This document shows, piece after piece, positions 27,135 to 40,576 of a stretch of DNA of 64,000 nucleotides; position 1 is the first letter of the stretch; each line of letters opens with the position of its first letter. The position numbers were made by a program, and so were the translations under genes. Origin of the DNA: Eledone cirrhosa (lineage: Eukaryota); assembly GCA_964016885.1 (NCBI GenBank), contig OZ024741.1:199764001-199828000 (forward strand), given 5' to 3'. The notes below the pieces were generated by a model that saw only the letters and a list, made by a program, of their open reading frames with translations, did not search any database and was not told where the DNA came from.

Positions 27135-28860
27135 TTTATTAAAATAACAGATTAAAGTTTAAGCAAAGAATCGCTGCTTTCACCTTTAACGTTCGCTATG
27201 CAAATAAGTAATGGTATAAACAAAACATACTTAGCTCCCACATCAAGACGTAAAATATCCACGTATAAATCGTACTATCCGTTAGGGTATAACGTGGGGC
27301 TGTAATACAGGAAAGTTTTGTGCAATTTATGTTTACAACCCGAAATTGCCTCAGATTTTTTGTTTAAGATGTGGTCTGTGGCGTAGAGTATTTCCAGGGC
27401 CTCAGCGGCGCAGAGGTCACATGGTCTTTTATTTCCGTTATACGATCTAGCCCTAGCTAGGATCTCCCAGTGTAACTTATATTGGGTGTGGTTGTCTTTT
27501 AGACTCCAGATATAAGCTGAAAGTGACGTCATATTTCTTCTTAGAGGGTAACGAAAAGAATGGGTATGCATGTAAAGACGCTGCTTGAATCTATTGGCGG
27601 TTAACCCTATGTAGGCCCTACGGGACGTGGATGTTACAACCTTACATTTGTAGACAATGTTACTAGAGAGGCATTTCCCGGATAGGGGGCAATCAACCCG
27701 ATTCCTACAATTACAGTTAGTACTAACTACAGGGTTGCACGTGTTCCTACGGCCAGGTAGTTTAGCTAAATTTGAAGCTGTGATGTTATGTGCAAGGTTA
27801 GGAGTCGTAGAGTAAGACATTTTAATAGTATTTCTATTAAAAATGTTACTATACTTATGTGTAGGGGGAAAATGCTTCGTAATAAGGGAAAGAAAGATCT
27901 TAGCTAATGGTGTGGCCACCTCCATATTATATGGTGGGTTATACCAACAAATGCGACCGGATCTATTTCTTCTAGGTCCATTTTCGTACTTTGTATATAC
28001 TACCTTATCGACAAATCCACTTCGAGCAAGAGCTTCATTGTAATAAGTGGAATGGTCGTTGAAAATACGCTCGTTGAGGGAAAGACGGGAAAGCCTCAAC
28101 GAAACGTTTCTTACCAGGTTCTTGGTTATGCTGGCAGGATGGTTGGAATGCTTACTTATGTAATTAAGCGTATCATTCGGCTTTCAATAAATTGAGGATA
28201 ACGTCGAGGTAATTAACGACCGAGAGATTGGCCTCAACCTGTATAGAGAGGTCGAAGCCTTTAAAGAAGGCTGTGAGTTCTTTTCTGAACCTGTCGCAAG
28301 CACGAGGTCCGCACTTAGTCATGGTCAAAGACCATCGTTACGGTACAAACCACCGCCCGCGTTGGGGAATTCGTCCTTAATAGAGAAAAGAAGGAAAAGG
28401 CCGATAAGATTAGTAACCTCCGCAGAATCACTGGCGCCCATACTCACGTCGAATGGGGTACTATTGGATTTTTTAATCCAAATTGCACAAAACTTTCCTG
28501 TATTACAGCCCCACGTTATACCCTAACGGATAGTACGATTTATACGTGGATATTTTACGTCTTGATGTGGGAGCTAATTATGTTTTGTTTATACCATTAC
28601 TTATTTGCATAGCGAACGTTTCCACGAACCAAAGTATCGTCTTCCTGTCTTCCTCCGGTTGCAACGTTTTTTTGAAATATCCACTTCTGCGTTTACAGAT
28701 TGACTTTGTTAGTTTCAGAAGATCCCGTTAAGGGTGAAAGCAGCGATTCTTTGCTTAAACTTTAATCTGTTATTTTAATAAATATTTGCTCTACGGTTCT
28801 TATATATTTGATATATATTTATCCTTATCGAGCCCTCTTTGGATTTTAGTCTTCAAATTT
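27135..28860 (-). mobile_element. 5'-truncated PLE with inverted pLTR
   Basis: GLYRNDGL RT motif, WYNPPY, IVYKC..AYIGLT GIY-YIG (ORF 27275-28099); 28481-28782 is the inverse of 27135-27327 and is followed by a tail. Confidence 0.9.
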
Positions 28861-28897
28861 ATTATTATTACTATTATTATATATATATATATATATC

Positions 28898-29048
28898 TGT
28901 TAGAACACGAAAAGTGTGAAACAACAGAATGTTCACTTTTCGTGTTCTAACATATATGCCTAACTTCTTCATAAATTTTCCCGGGATAGCCGTGGTGGTG
29001 GTGATCGTATGTCATTGGCTAATTTTCAACCAATCAGAGTAAGTGTTG
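28898..29048. repeat. Small hairpin-plus-tail insertion in (TA)n
   Basis: 19-bp arms at 28898-28916 and 28934-28952; ~95-bp tail; TA flanks. Confidence 0.55.
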
Positions 29049-30410
29049 ATATATATATATATATATACTATTCCCCCTCTCTCTATATATATCTTACGCT
29101 TTCGCTTTACACTCCTCCCCTTCAATAACACATTTCCCCCTCTCTATATATCTCTTCCACTGTTACTTACGCCTGTTTCTCTCTATCTGTTCCGTCTTTA
29201 TATATATATCTCTCTTACTCTTTCGCTTTGCACTCCTCCCCTTCAATACCATCTCTCCCCCTCTCTATATATTTGTTACTCTATCGCTGCACGCTCCTCT
29301 CCTTCAATATATCAATTACACACGCTTTACACTCCTTTATCCCCAGCGCCCCTATATATACACCCCCCTCCCGCATCTATATTTTAATGTTCCATTGCAC
29401 CGTGAATATATGTGTCTATATATATATATATACATATATATTGTATATACACATTCATGTATGTGTATACACACTCATGTATGTATATACACTGGTTTTA
29501 TGTGTGTTATGTGTGTATTGTAAATGTGTACTGTTAAAACACGAAACTAACATTCGATTGACACTTTGATTACCTGTACAGGCAATAGTTATTAGAATGC
29601 TGTTGAAGTGTGTATATATTTTTGGGGGACATCCTGTATATACACACATTATATATAATACAATAAACAGATAAATACACACATATATATATGAGCTTAT
29701 TTAATTATAAATATTGTGAATTTTTAACTCAGTTCAATTATATATATAAATGGCTTCTACAGGACTAGAACTGTTTCATTCGAAAGAAATCATCATAATA
29801 TTGAGAGGGGGGGACTAGATAAAATATTTCAAATCAAATGTGTATAAGTTATAAGTTAAAATGTATAAATAAAGACGATAGTGGAGGTATATCTGTTTAG
29901 TGGAACAGTAGACGATAGAATTAAATACAGACGAGAATCTCCCTTTAATGAAACAGCAGACGATAGAATTAAGGCAATTTAAATTTTAAGCATTTGCATT
30001 TCATCGTTACGGGGTCGATAAAATAAAGTACCAGTAATACACTGTCACTATAAGTAGACGACTTTCAAATTGAATTGTTGGTTCCATTTCTTTAGTATTT
30101 TCAATTGTAGTTATCTACTTAAAAAGCGTTACACGGTTAGAGACATAATTGGTAAGTTATATCTTCCCTATTAAACCATTGCATTATTTCGCCTACAATA
30201 GAACAAAAATGAAATGTTCTTTAAAGAAACAGGAATATAACTTTATAAAAAAAAAAGTTGCATCCGCTTCTTTTATCATTGATAATTTTTTCGTTTTAAT
30301 ATTAATTGTTTTTTGTAGTTGTTTATATTAAAAATCTTACTGTAATATTTACTTAAACGAAGGCAGACATCTAAACTTATAGATTAATCTTGAGCGAAGG
30401 ACTAGATAAA

Positions 30411-30470
<60 letters not shown>

Positions 30471-30473
<3 letters not shown>

Positions 30474-30770
30474 GAAGAATGATAACATTTCAAGCAAAGA
30501 GTTTAATTAGGTAATGACTTACAAATTTGTTTCAGTATATATTTAATATAATATTAATATATTTTGTAATATTATTAACTAATTATTATAATTAGCGCTT
30601 CAGGCTTTGTCTATATACTGAAACAAATTTGTAAGTCATTACCTAATTAAACTCTTTGCTTGAAATTTTATCACTCTTCGTTTTGAATTTCTCCTAAGTA
30701 TTCAATACTCTGTTGAGAAATACATTTTACATAAACAGTCTTTGTACCATTTATACGGTATTAATTACTT
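30471..30770. repeat. Hairpin-plus-tail PLE remnant in (TA)n
   Basis: 71-bp arms at 30471-30541 and 30612-30682; GAAAcaaatttGTA hammerhead stem III; ~90-bp tail. Confidence 0.8.
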
Positions 30771-30771
30771 A

Positions 30772-30854
<83 letters not shown>

Positions 30855-31219
30855 CGTATGATTAGAACTGTGTTTATTATTTATATTTTAATGGATTTAA
30901 TGAAAAATTTTAGGTGTTCATATATATATTCTAAAAATGCGCGAAATCGTGAATCCGCGATAGTTGAACCGCCAAGTAGCGAGGTATCACTGTATATATG
31001 TTTAAATATATAGTGTAGCTGTGATGTATCTCGCGAGTGAATCGAGACCTGTCACTGATTTTGGTGTCCCCACTGCCGATGTGAATGAGCAACGCTGCAC
31101 TTGTGAATTGGGTCTTGATGTTGCAGGCAGTTCATATACTTACAATGATGCGGTCCCACAAGCTTGTTCACATTCCTGTGCTAATAATCTAGATGGGCGT
31201 ATTAAATTGGATGTGAAAG

Positions 31220-31465
31220 CAGCTTACCGGATGCGGAATCGGGAGAAGTTGAGACAAAAACAGGCCGATTATAGAGCTGTGAATTTTGCTAAATTAACAC
31301 AAAAATAGGCCAAGTATAGATGTTCAAAACGGTATGAGTTGGCAAACAAGCAGGCCAAGTATAGATCTGCAAATTCAGCTATTATATCTCAAAAGCAAGC
31401 CGAGCGTAGAGCTTCTAAACGTACCGAGTTGGCTAAAGAGCAGACCAAGTACAGATCTGCAAATA
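31220..31465 (+). repeat. Degenerate 45-nt coding repeat (15-aa KQA.YR..N units)
   Basis: YRMRNREKLRQKQAD/YRAVNFAKLTQK*AK/YRCSKRYELANKQAK/YRSANSAIISQKQAE/RRASKRTELAKEQTK/YRSAN. Confidence 0.7.
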
Positions 31466-31694
31466 TCTTATTGCACAAACAATAATTCTGCACAAATGTT
31501 GCTCCATTATTAGATCTGATGTTGCAACGATACAGTTAAATGTTGTCTGTGTATTTTAAAAAAGATTTGCTTATAATCTTTTCAAATTTCATTACGCCAA
31601 TGATTCAAGCTCAAATTGACATTATCTAAAAAATTGTACAAACAGCGGTGGATTAGCAGTAGTGAACAGATAAATCAGTCAATTTATTAAGATT

Positions 31695-32350
31695 GACTTG
31701 GCATCAATCAGCAAGACCTTCATTAGCTGCTCTCCAGCCATCTATTTAAAGCTGTATACATCTATGGTACGAATACACTTGGAGTTCGCGTCATCAGTCT
31801 GGAACCCCTATCTTGCTCAGAACATTGACCTCCTGGAAACTGTTCAGAGACATGCAACCAAGCGCATACCCTCCATCAGACACCTACCATACCCTGAATA
31901 TTTTGCTTCCCTCTGGCAATGGACTTGGTAAACACCCACAAAGTTATTAACCATCCGACCAACAACAACCCCGAACACCTTTTTGATCTCCATGTGTCTA
32001 ACACGTGGACATGCCTACAAAGTCAGAAAACAACACAGCTCCCATGACTTTAGGAAATATTTCTTCATGCTCAGAGTTGCTGAAGGATGGAACAAACTTC
32101 CTGCATCAGTTGTTAGCTGATGACACACTGCATCCTTTAAAACCATCATACATTCCGAAATACACCAAAACTACACCTGATGTCCCCCTTCCATACACAT
32201 GCACATATGTGTATATCATGACTCATGCACTGTTCTTTTTTCATGACGTTTTTATATTACCCTATGTATTATATATGCACTTTTGATGAGTTGTAGTGCA
32301 CCTCAGCATTGTACACAATATTTTCATTATTATTATCATTATTATTATTA
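31695..32350 (+). mobile_element. CR1-group LINE 3' fragment
   Basis: LYTSMVRIHLEFASSVWNPY..LLETVQRHATK; (ATT)n tail. Confidence 0.85.
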
Positions 32351-32809
32351 CACTCATTGATCCATTTTGCACTAACTCTGCATCAAGCACCCTCACCTAA
32401 ATATTAACCAATCAAGGATCCAATACAGCTATCTGTTGGATGAGTATTGTATAGTGCCAAAAACGAAACCAATCAGTTTAGCAGAAAGTTTCCAGACAAG
32501 AAACACGCATATTTTGCTATCCTCAAACACGTTTACACATGGCATGAAATATAACTAATCCGAGATGGCTAGGTTTCATCTTCTAACTGGATATACGAAA
32601 TCCATAATGTCTTGACAACAACATGAGGTAACATTATGTTATTCACAGACACACTTTGTACACTGTTCCATATCAGAATGTATTTCCTTCGTCACATTCA
32701 CAAACAGTATTGAAAATATGTTCTTCGGCAAATAAAAATGTTTTGTTCATAATATTTCAACTAGCGATTGCTCTACTCCACGCACGACCACCATAAATTA
32801 ATGACCAGC

Positions 32810-32990
32810 TCAACACAAGTATTGGTAGAGCGTCAGACACCATGCTTTGCAGTATTGTTATGGTCCTTTGCATTCTAAGTTCAAATCCTGCCGAGGTTAA
32901 CTTCGACTTTCATACTTACTAATTCGATAAAATAAAGTACCAGTAATGGACTGCCGTAATGGATTTGTGCCGAAAAATAGAAACACTATT
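32810..32990 (+). mobile_element. SINE with Meta-like domain
   Basis: tggtagagc A box, gttcaaatc B box, cgataaaataaagtaccagt. Confidence 0.65.
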
Positions 32991-33540
32991 AATGTGCAAT
33001 AAGAGCAAAATATAACGACATTGCTCAATTATTTTATCTAATGTTGTAATAACACAAGGAAATGTTGTTTGTGTATTTTTTTTTATATTTGCTCATAGGC
33101 TTTTACAATTTCGCTCAGCCAACAACTATTAAAAAGTGAGTTGCTTAAGATAACAATTTAATCACAAATTGTTGCTATCTTTTAATACACTCCAACAAGT
33201 CATCAAATTATGTACAATAAAAACAAATCTTATTAATTTGCCCAGGGAATATAAAGAAAATGTATATACACTGATAATTGCAATTGTATGTAAATATTTT
33301 GTTTTTGTATTGTTTATTTTATGTTTTCTATTATGTATAATATATTGATTTAATATTGATTGTTTTTTGTAGTTGTTTATATTAAAAGTCTGAAAATATT
33401 TTTATACATCTTACACTAATATTTATAAGATAATTTATAATAACAATTACATAATCTAATTACATTACAACGATAATTTATTATTAATATATATCCTGTT
33501 TAACTAGAGTTATTACAAGCGTTGCCTTAAAAAATATTAA

Positions 33541-34495
33541 ACTAGACATGAAAAATGCGCAAGCTCAAAAGTGCCACAGAATGTTATAATAAACCTTCAA
33601 AAGTGTGGGACTAGAGTTGTTGCTAAAAAATATTGTAATCATTATATATCGTACATTCTGTGGCATCCTTTATAAAAATAGCTTAAACCAACGAAGCCTT
33701 TATTTTTACGCTATTTCACTTAGTTAATTCTTAGAGTGTAACATATAAAAATAAATACATCTATGTTTAATGTAATAACAGCTATAAATAATTACGTAAT
33801 ATTATTATCATATACTCATAGTAACAAAATAATTGTGTTGAAAATTAATATGATGCTTATATGAACGATCAAATCTATAATGATAATTTCTTAAATATAC
33901 TAATAGTAAAATAATTTAGTTATCTATTGTTACATTTTCATAAAACTATAATATTAACAATCGTATTGCATTATCAAATTTTTATCACTACAAACTTTCA
34001 TATTGGAATTACCTTAAGCCACTTATTATTACTTCGCTTTCGTACTTTTACAGCTGTAGATATTGCGCTGTATCTTATATCTAATATCAATATCTCATGG
34101 TAATTTGCATACAGTGTAAAATAGGTTTATTAATAACTTTAATATGAAAAGTATTATACAGGGCTCCGGAGTCGGCCAAAAATTGACTGGCTCCAACTCA
34201 GGATCCGATACTCCATTATTTCCTAAATTTCAGCTCCGCAGCTCTGTTATTATATTAATTAATTTATTTTATAGTTGTAAATCATATTTTTATATGTTAC
34301 ACTCTAAGAATTAACTAAGTGAAATAGCGTAAAAATAAAGGCTTCGTTGGTTTAAGCTATTTTTATAAAGGATGCCACAGAATGTACGATATATAATGAT
34401 TACAATATTTTTTAGCAACAACTCTAGTCCCACACTTTTGAAGGTTTATTATAACATTCTGTGGCACTTTTGAGCTTGCGCATTTTTCATGTCTA

Positions 34496-34497
<2 letters not shown>
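33541..34497. repeat. Foldback structure with 213-bp apparently perfect inverted arms
   Basis: 33541-33753 is the reverse complement of 34285-34497; 531-bp AT-rich spacer; right end abuts (TA)n. Confidence 0.9.
34159..34246. mobile_element. Tiny hAT-like MITE
   Basis: cagggctccggagt...gctccgcagctctg imperfect TIR; 8-bp TSD gtattata/ttattata. Confidence 0.6.
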
Positions 34498-34539
<42 letters not shown>

Positions 34540-34543
<4 letters not shown>

Positions 34544-34957
34544 ATCGTCCTTTTTATCCTTTCTATATATATAGCTAGGGAGTGCAGCTTGGAGTTACTG
34601 TAGGTTCACCCGGGTGAGCACTTCATGTTTAGGTTCACTTCTGTGTCGAGGTGTAGAGCTATACAGAGTGTATTATATTGAAAAGATGACAAGGACGATT
34701 GGTTACTCCTTCATTACATTTATTGGTTGGTGAGGCGCGTTTCGCCACTGATCAGCTCAAGGTTCGATCTGTATCGATCTTACTCGACTCTGTAATCTGT
34801 AAAGTGCGACCTCCACTACGTTTAAGGAGCGCTGGTATAAACATAGAAGCTCCTTTAAACGTAGGCTGAAACGATCCCAAACTAGACTGGCCGATTTGAT
34901 CTGGCACCTCAAGGACAGGGGCATCGAATTCCAGATCATATGGTCAGTCAAAAGACG
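34540..34957. mobile_element. PLE fragment (inverted pLTR piece + GIY-YIG piece)
   Basis: HRSSFKRRLKRSQTRLADLIWHLKDRGIEFQIIW on plus; gcgcgtttcg hammerhead remnant on minus at ~34735. Confidence 0.65.
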
Positions 34958-36290
34958 TATAACAGAATACTGGTGTGTATGAATATAACAAGACACTAGG
35001 TTATGTATATAAAGTTTAATTAATAGTTTGCAGTTATGTAAAATAGTAGAGTTGACAAGTCAATGAAAGTAGATGAGAGAATGAAGTAAAGTTATTAGTT
35101 AACGTTTGGAAGTTAGCTTGCAAGAGACCATGTTAGGGTTGACAGTCGAACGCGCCTGGCCGAAGGGCCAGGCAGGTTAGAAGGCCAGGAGCCGAAAGGT
35201 AAACGAGAGAGAGAGAGAGAGAGCTGAAAGTTATTCCCTTTATAGGGTTCAAGACGGAAGTGACCAAAAAGGGTTCTGCCATCCCAACGGGAAGCAACTC
35301 CAGCTACTTCATGTCTAGAGAGCGTTACTCTATTGGTGATGTCATCGTCACAACAAGGGAGGCAACTCTTGCTACATTAACTCCCGCCAGATTTTTAAAA
35401 CATAAAAATCGAATGAAACATGTATGGAGTAAGATGGCGAGCATGTAACAGGCATGAAAATTACGAAAAAAAATAATGTTTGCAATAAAAGGAAAACAGC
35501 AAAATATATGCATGCAAAAATCAATGATAGATATCAAGGTAGCCAACCGCTCTTGGCCAGAGAACGACTTACATCTATCTATCCGTCACTCAAAGATACA
35601 ATGTAATCAAAGTAAAAGAAGAGGTCAAAGTTCAAATGTACAAAATACAGTTCACATGTGTGCAATCACATGACAGCAGGAAAGAAAGTGTGTTCCAGAG
35701 AATGAATTCAGGTGGTTTCTGGTCTGTGGTATAGCGTGAAATTTCCAACCTCCGAAGGGATTTTCTCACAGGAAGAGTGCTGCAAAAATAAATTCTCTGG
35801 CTTGTTCTGCTGGTTTTGGTTGTTGATGAAGCTGTGTTGTTGTTGATGTTGTTGTCTCGCGGAGTGAGCGTATTCGATGTTTAAATTCACAGTAAAAATT
35901 TTCCCAGAAAAATTGAGTTGCGCAAAGTGCTAGAAATAACAGCCAAAGTTGATGGTCGATGTTGAGAATGCGTTGACCTGGAAGGGTCAAGAGGCCAGCG
36001 ACCAAAGAAATAAGCATTCTGAATAAATGCGCAGTTTTCAACGGCAAATTTACGTGGTAAATTTTTAAACCGGTAAATAGGAGAATATAGCTTAAGGCTG
36101 GAGAATCCTTGGCGAGAAACATTATCCCTGGCGTGTGGTTATCTCAGTGAGTCGAGATGTGTGCTGCCTACACATGCCGAAACAAGGTTAAGTTCAGAAA
36201 AAAAAAATTTCTATTGCGCGAGAAAATGGCGCGAAAATGATAGTGGATCAGGTCGTTGGCAGCCCATTTTGAAAAATGTGTGTGTGAACA
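34958..36290 (-). mobile_element. Non-autonomous LTR element A, 3' half
   Basis: 3' LTR 35376-34958, PPT aaaatctggcgggagttaa, internal region is the inverse of 37680-38568. Confidence 0.85.
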
Positions 36291-36689
36291 TGTAGTAAGA
36301 CGCCTTACGCCCCTCTGTCGGATAATGGACCAGGCCTAATTGTCCCCCCCTGGTTGAGAACACTATTTAAGTAAGCAGCAGTATTACTTTATCAGACAAG
36401 CCACGGAGACAGCAAACAGCAGACGGCCTTTGTACCATGAAACAGCAGACAGCCGTTGGACCACGAGATCACACAGATGTCAATACACTGAACCCCTATG
36501 CCGAAGCCACAAGGATAGTGTTGGCCGAGCACTGGCTCATAACTGATTTCACTTTACTGGTCCCGTCACATTGGTGACCCAGAAGTGGGCGTTACATTGG
36601 TGACCCACGACAATTGTAATACCTTGCCTTCATTTCAACTGATCACGTCTATATTGGTATGTTGTTTCATTTGTAATATAACAAACACA

Positions 36690-38893
36690 TGTAGCAGGAG
36701 TTGCCTCCCTTGTGTTGACACTCACATCCCCAATAGATTAACGCTCTCTAGACAGGAAGTAGAACCCTTTCTGTAACTTCCGGTCAGAACTCTATAAAAC
36801 TAACAACTTTAAGTTCCCTTCCTCTCATTTGCCTGGCCATCGCCAGGCGTCTTCTGCCAGGCAACCAAAACGGTAACTAATAACTGTTTCTACTTTAGGC
36901 ACAAGGCCAGCAATTACCCAGTGCATTACTGGTACTTTATTTTATCGACCCCGTAAGGATGAAAGGCAAAGTCAACCTCGGCGGGATTTGAACTCAGATC
37001 GTAAAGGGACGTAACTATGCTGGAAAGCATGGTGTCTGACCCTCTACCGATACTGCCAATCCACCGCGCAAACGGTAACTAATAACTTTGCTTAATTCTT
37101 TCATCTATTCATTGACATGTCAACTATACTGTTCTATATATATCCACAAATTATTAATTAAATATTATACACACAAACCAATCGTCTTTGTTATATTCAT
37201 ACACACTAGTATTTTGTTATAAGTGGTGACCCCGAAAAAAGAAAAAAATAGCAGAATCTGGTGTTGTGTGAGTAACATTACGAATACACAGCAAATTTTA
37301 TTGACAAACTATGAAAATACTTAGTCAAAGAAACGCACACACGCACATGTGAAATTTTCGTTCAGACAGACTCTTTTTCTCTCACGCATCAACTAACTGT
37401 CGCATTTCACTGTGTATATATATATATATGTTTCTCGTTTCTTACAACGAACACTTTAAAAACAAACAAAAAAAAAAGAAATTTGATTTTAAAAAAAACC
37501 ATTTCAACAGGAACATTTATTTTCGATGAACCTCAACCATTGCCTTTTTTTTTCATCGTTTTCTTCATCGTTCTAGTTTTTTTCAAAGTTCACACCAAAA
37601 ATAAAAAAAAAACAAATTGAACTCGCCATATTTGTTATACTAAAGTGAAGCCTTTCTTTCTTTTTCATCGTTGTCACTTTCACACACACATTTTTTCAAA
37701 ATGGCTGCCAACGACCTGTTGCACTATCATTTTCTCGCGCATTAGAAATATTTTTTTTAAAACTTAACCTTGTTTTGGCACGTGTAGGCAGCAGGATTCT
37801 CGACTCACGGAGATATCTCGATTCACTGAGATAGCCACACGCCAGGGATAACGTTTCTCTCCAAGGATTCTCCAGCCTTAAGCTATATTCTCCTATTTGC
37901 CGGTTTAAAGATTTACTACGTAAATTTGCCGTTGAAAACTGCGCATTTATTCAGAATGCTTATTTCTTTGGTCGCTGGCCTCTTGACCCTTCCAGGTCAA
38001 CGCATTCTCAGCATCGACCATCAACTTCGGCTGTTATTTCTAGCACTTTGCGCAACTCATTTTTTCTGAAAAAAATATTTTTACTGTGAATTTAAACATC
38101 GAATACGCTCACTCCGCGAGACAACAACATCAACAGCAACACAGCTTCATCAACAACCAAAACCAGCAGAACAAGCCAGAGAATTTATTTTTGCAGCACT
38201 CTTCCTGTGAGAAAATCCATTCGGAGGTTGGAAATTTCACGATATACCACAGAACAGAAACCACCTGCATTCATTCTCTGGAACACACTTTCTTTCCTGC
38301 TGTCATGTGATTGCACACCTGTGAACTATATTTTGTACATTTGAACTTTGAGCTCTTCTCTTACTTTATTACATTGTATCTTTGGGTGATGGATAGATAG
38401 ATGTCCAGTCGTTCTCTGGCCAAGAGCGGTTGGCTACTTTGATATCTATCATTGATTTTTGCAAACATTATTTTTTTTTCGTAATTTTCATGCCTGTTAC
38501 ATTCTCGCCAACTTACTACATACATATTTCATTCGATTTTTATATTTTAAAAATCTGGCGGGAGATAATGTAGCAGGAGTTGCCTCCCTTGTTGTGACAC
38601 TCACATGCCCAATAGATTAACGCTCTCTAGACAAGAAGTAGAACCCTTTCTGTAACTTCCGGTCAGAACCCTATAAAACTAACAACTTTAAGTTCCCTTC
38701 CTCTCATTTGCCTTTCTGGCGCCTGGCCTTCGCCAGGCGTCTTCTGCCAGGCAACCAAAACGGTAACTAATAACTTTGCTTCATTCTTTCATCTATGCAT
38801 TGACATGTCAACTATACTGTTCTATATATATCCACAAATTGTTAATTAAATATTATACACACGAACCAATCGTCTTTGTTATATTCATACACA
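36690..38893 (+). mobile_element. Non-autonomous LTR element A, nearly complete
   Basis: LTRs at 36690-37221 and 38569-38893; PBS tggtgaccccga at 37224; PPT aaaatctggcgggagataa; no gag/pol. Confidence 0.88.
36886..37069 (-). mobile_element. Meta-domain SINE inserted in the LTR
   Basis: 18-bp TSD aaacggtaactaataact at 36868 and 37070; absent from the partner LTR. Confidence 0.88.
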
Positions 38894-39754
38894 TAATAGA
38901 CAAAATAAACATCATCCTTATTTACATTGTTGAATAGAACTCTCTTTGTGGTTATTATCTTGTCTACACACACTCCCACTCACTTGTTATAATTTTATGG
39001 AGTACCTATACTCTCACTTACGAAAATGGTAAATAGACGAGGGACTTTCCCTCACGTCTATATTGATAAACTATCCAACAAGGATTCTTCATTACCATAC
39101 CCCGACTAAAGAATTTTACGCAGCCTTTTATTCATTTGAACTTAAATATTTCACTGTTATTACCACGTTGCCAACCTTTTCGCAACTTACAAAAATACAC
39201 AAAAAAAAAGACAGAGAAATAATAATGTGTTTATACGGTATTGACAAAGTATACAAAAAAACATCCAAAAATGTTTCCAATATGGCGTTGCTTTTCTCCT
39301 CCGTTTTGCAATTTTCCCGCCAGGACAGGGACATTTTGAATTGCTTGTATGTGTTCCATATTTGATCAAGAGAAAAACTGTTTTTGTGAACATTACTGCC
39401 CCGCAGAGGATACACATGACTTACTTTTTTTCTAAGGGATTTTTAGCCACAGGCTACCTATTGTTGATATCCAACGTGGATATATTCTAAAACAAACATT
39501 TTTTTTTTCTCTTTTTCTCTGGTTATATGATTTGGCTTGCCCGTTGAAGCAACACAAGGGGACAGACGTTGAAGGAAAAACATTTAAAAAAAATATATAT
39601 ATATATGTACTTTATGTATTTTTGCTATTTCCTAATGTTTTGAATGTCTGTTTCTTTTTGACCTTTGATTTTTTTTTCCATTTTGGGTATGTACTTTTCC
39701 CTGTACGAGGGAACATTAATTGCTGTTTCTATTATTTTTTTTAGTCGTTTCACA

Positions 39755-40536
39755 ATGAATACGCCACATTTGCCCGCCTTTACCGGAAACCCTAAGCTGT
39801 GGTTCGCCCAGCTACAGGCGTATTTTACGGTCTGTAAGACCGAGTCTGACCAGCGCCTCGCTGTCTTGATTAGCGGACTTCCCCCTAATTTAGCAGATTC
39901 GGTCCAAGACCTAATTACAGACCCCCCCCCCCCTCTGACTTAATGTATGATTCTTTAAAAGGCGAGATCTTGAGAAGGAACTGTAAATCGGTAGAGAGTC
40001 GTTTTCGGTCATTGATCGAGGACGAACGACTAGGTGACAGAACCCCTACCGCTTTTCTCCGGCATTTGCGGGAATTGAGTGATTCCCAAGATCAGGATAG
40101 CCCTTTCCTGAAGCAATTGTTCTTCTCTCGCCTACCTAAAGAGGTACAGGCGATCCTAGCCCATATGCTAGAGTTAAACACACTCGACCACATTGCTGTC
40201 TCTGCCGACAAAATAGTAGAAGTGACGAAGAGAGACACTTCGAAGCAAAAGTACGTTGCTTCCTCTTCTCTTCCTCAATCACGCTCATCAGCGAGTGATG
40301 AGAAGTTGGTCAAAACTATGGAAGCCATGACTCGTCAAATGGCGGAGTTGTGCCAGGAACTCAGGTCTTTTGGACGGCAGAGGAGCCGCTCACGATCTTA
40401 TTCAACTCCTCGCCGCCGTAGCCGTTCCAAATCTTCAAATCCACCATATTGTTATTACCATGACAAATATGGTGACAAAGCCGCCCGTTGTAGGCCTCCT
40501 TGTGCTTACATGGGAAACGACGACCAGAGTCACTAA
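39755..40536 (+). pseudogene. Gypsy gag (frameshift at poly-C ~39925)
   Basis: PKLWFAQL, LGDRTPTAFLR, RSRSRS tract, CYYHDKYGDKAARCRPPC knuckle. Confidence 0.9.
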
Positions 40537-40576
40537 CGGCGGATAGTGCGCTCTGCGAAACATCATCCAACCGCCA
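40512..40576 (+). promoter_or_regulatory. gag-pol -1 ribosomal frameshift signal with pseudoknot
   Basis: G_GGA_AAC in the gag frame; stem cagag-t-cacta/tagtg-cg-ctctg; loop ggcgg can pair with ccgcc at 40571. Confidence 0.75.

Noticed and set aside
35766-36122. 118-aa hydrophobic ORF in element A as an env-like protein
   Set aside because: The second copy loses the ATG, is frameshifted and differs mostly non-synonymously
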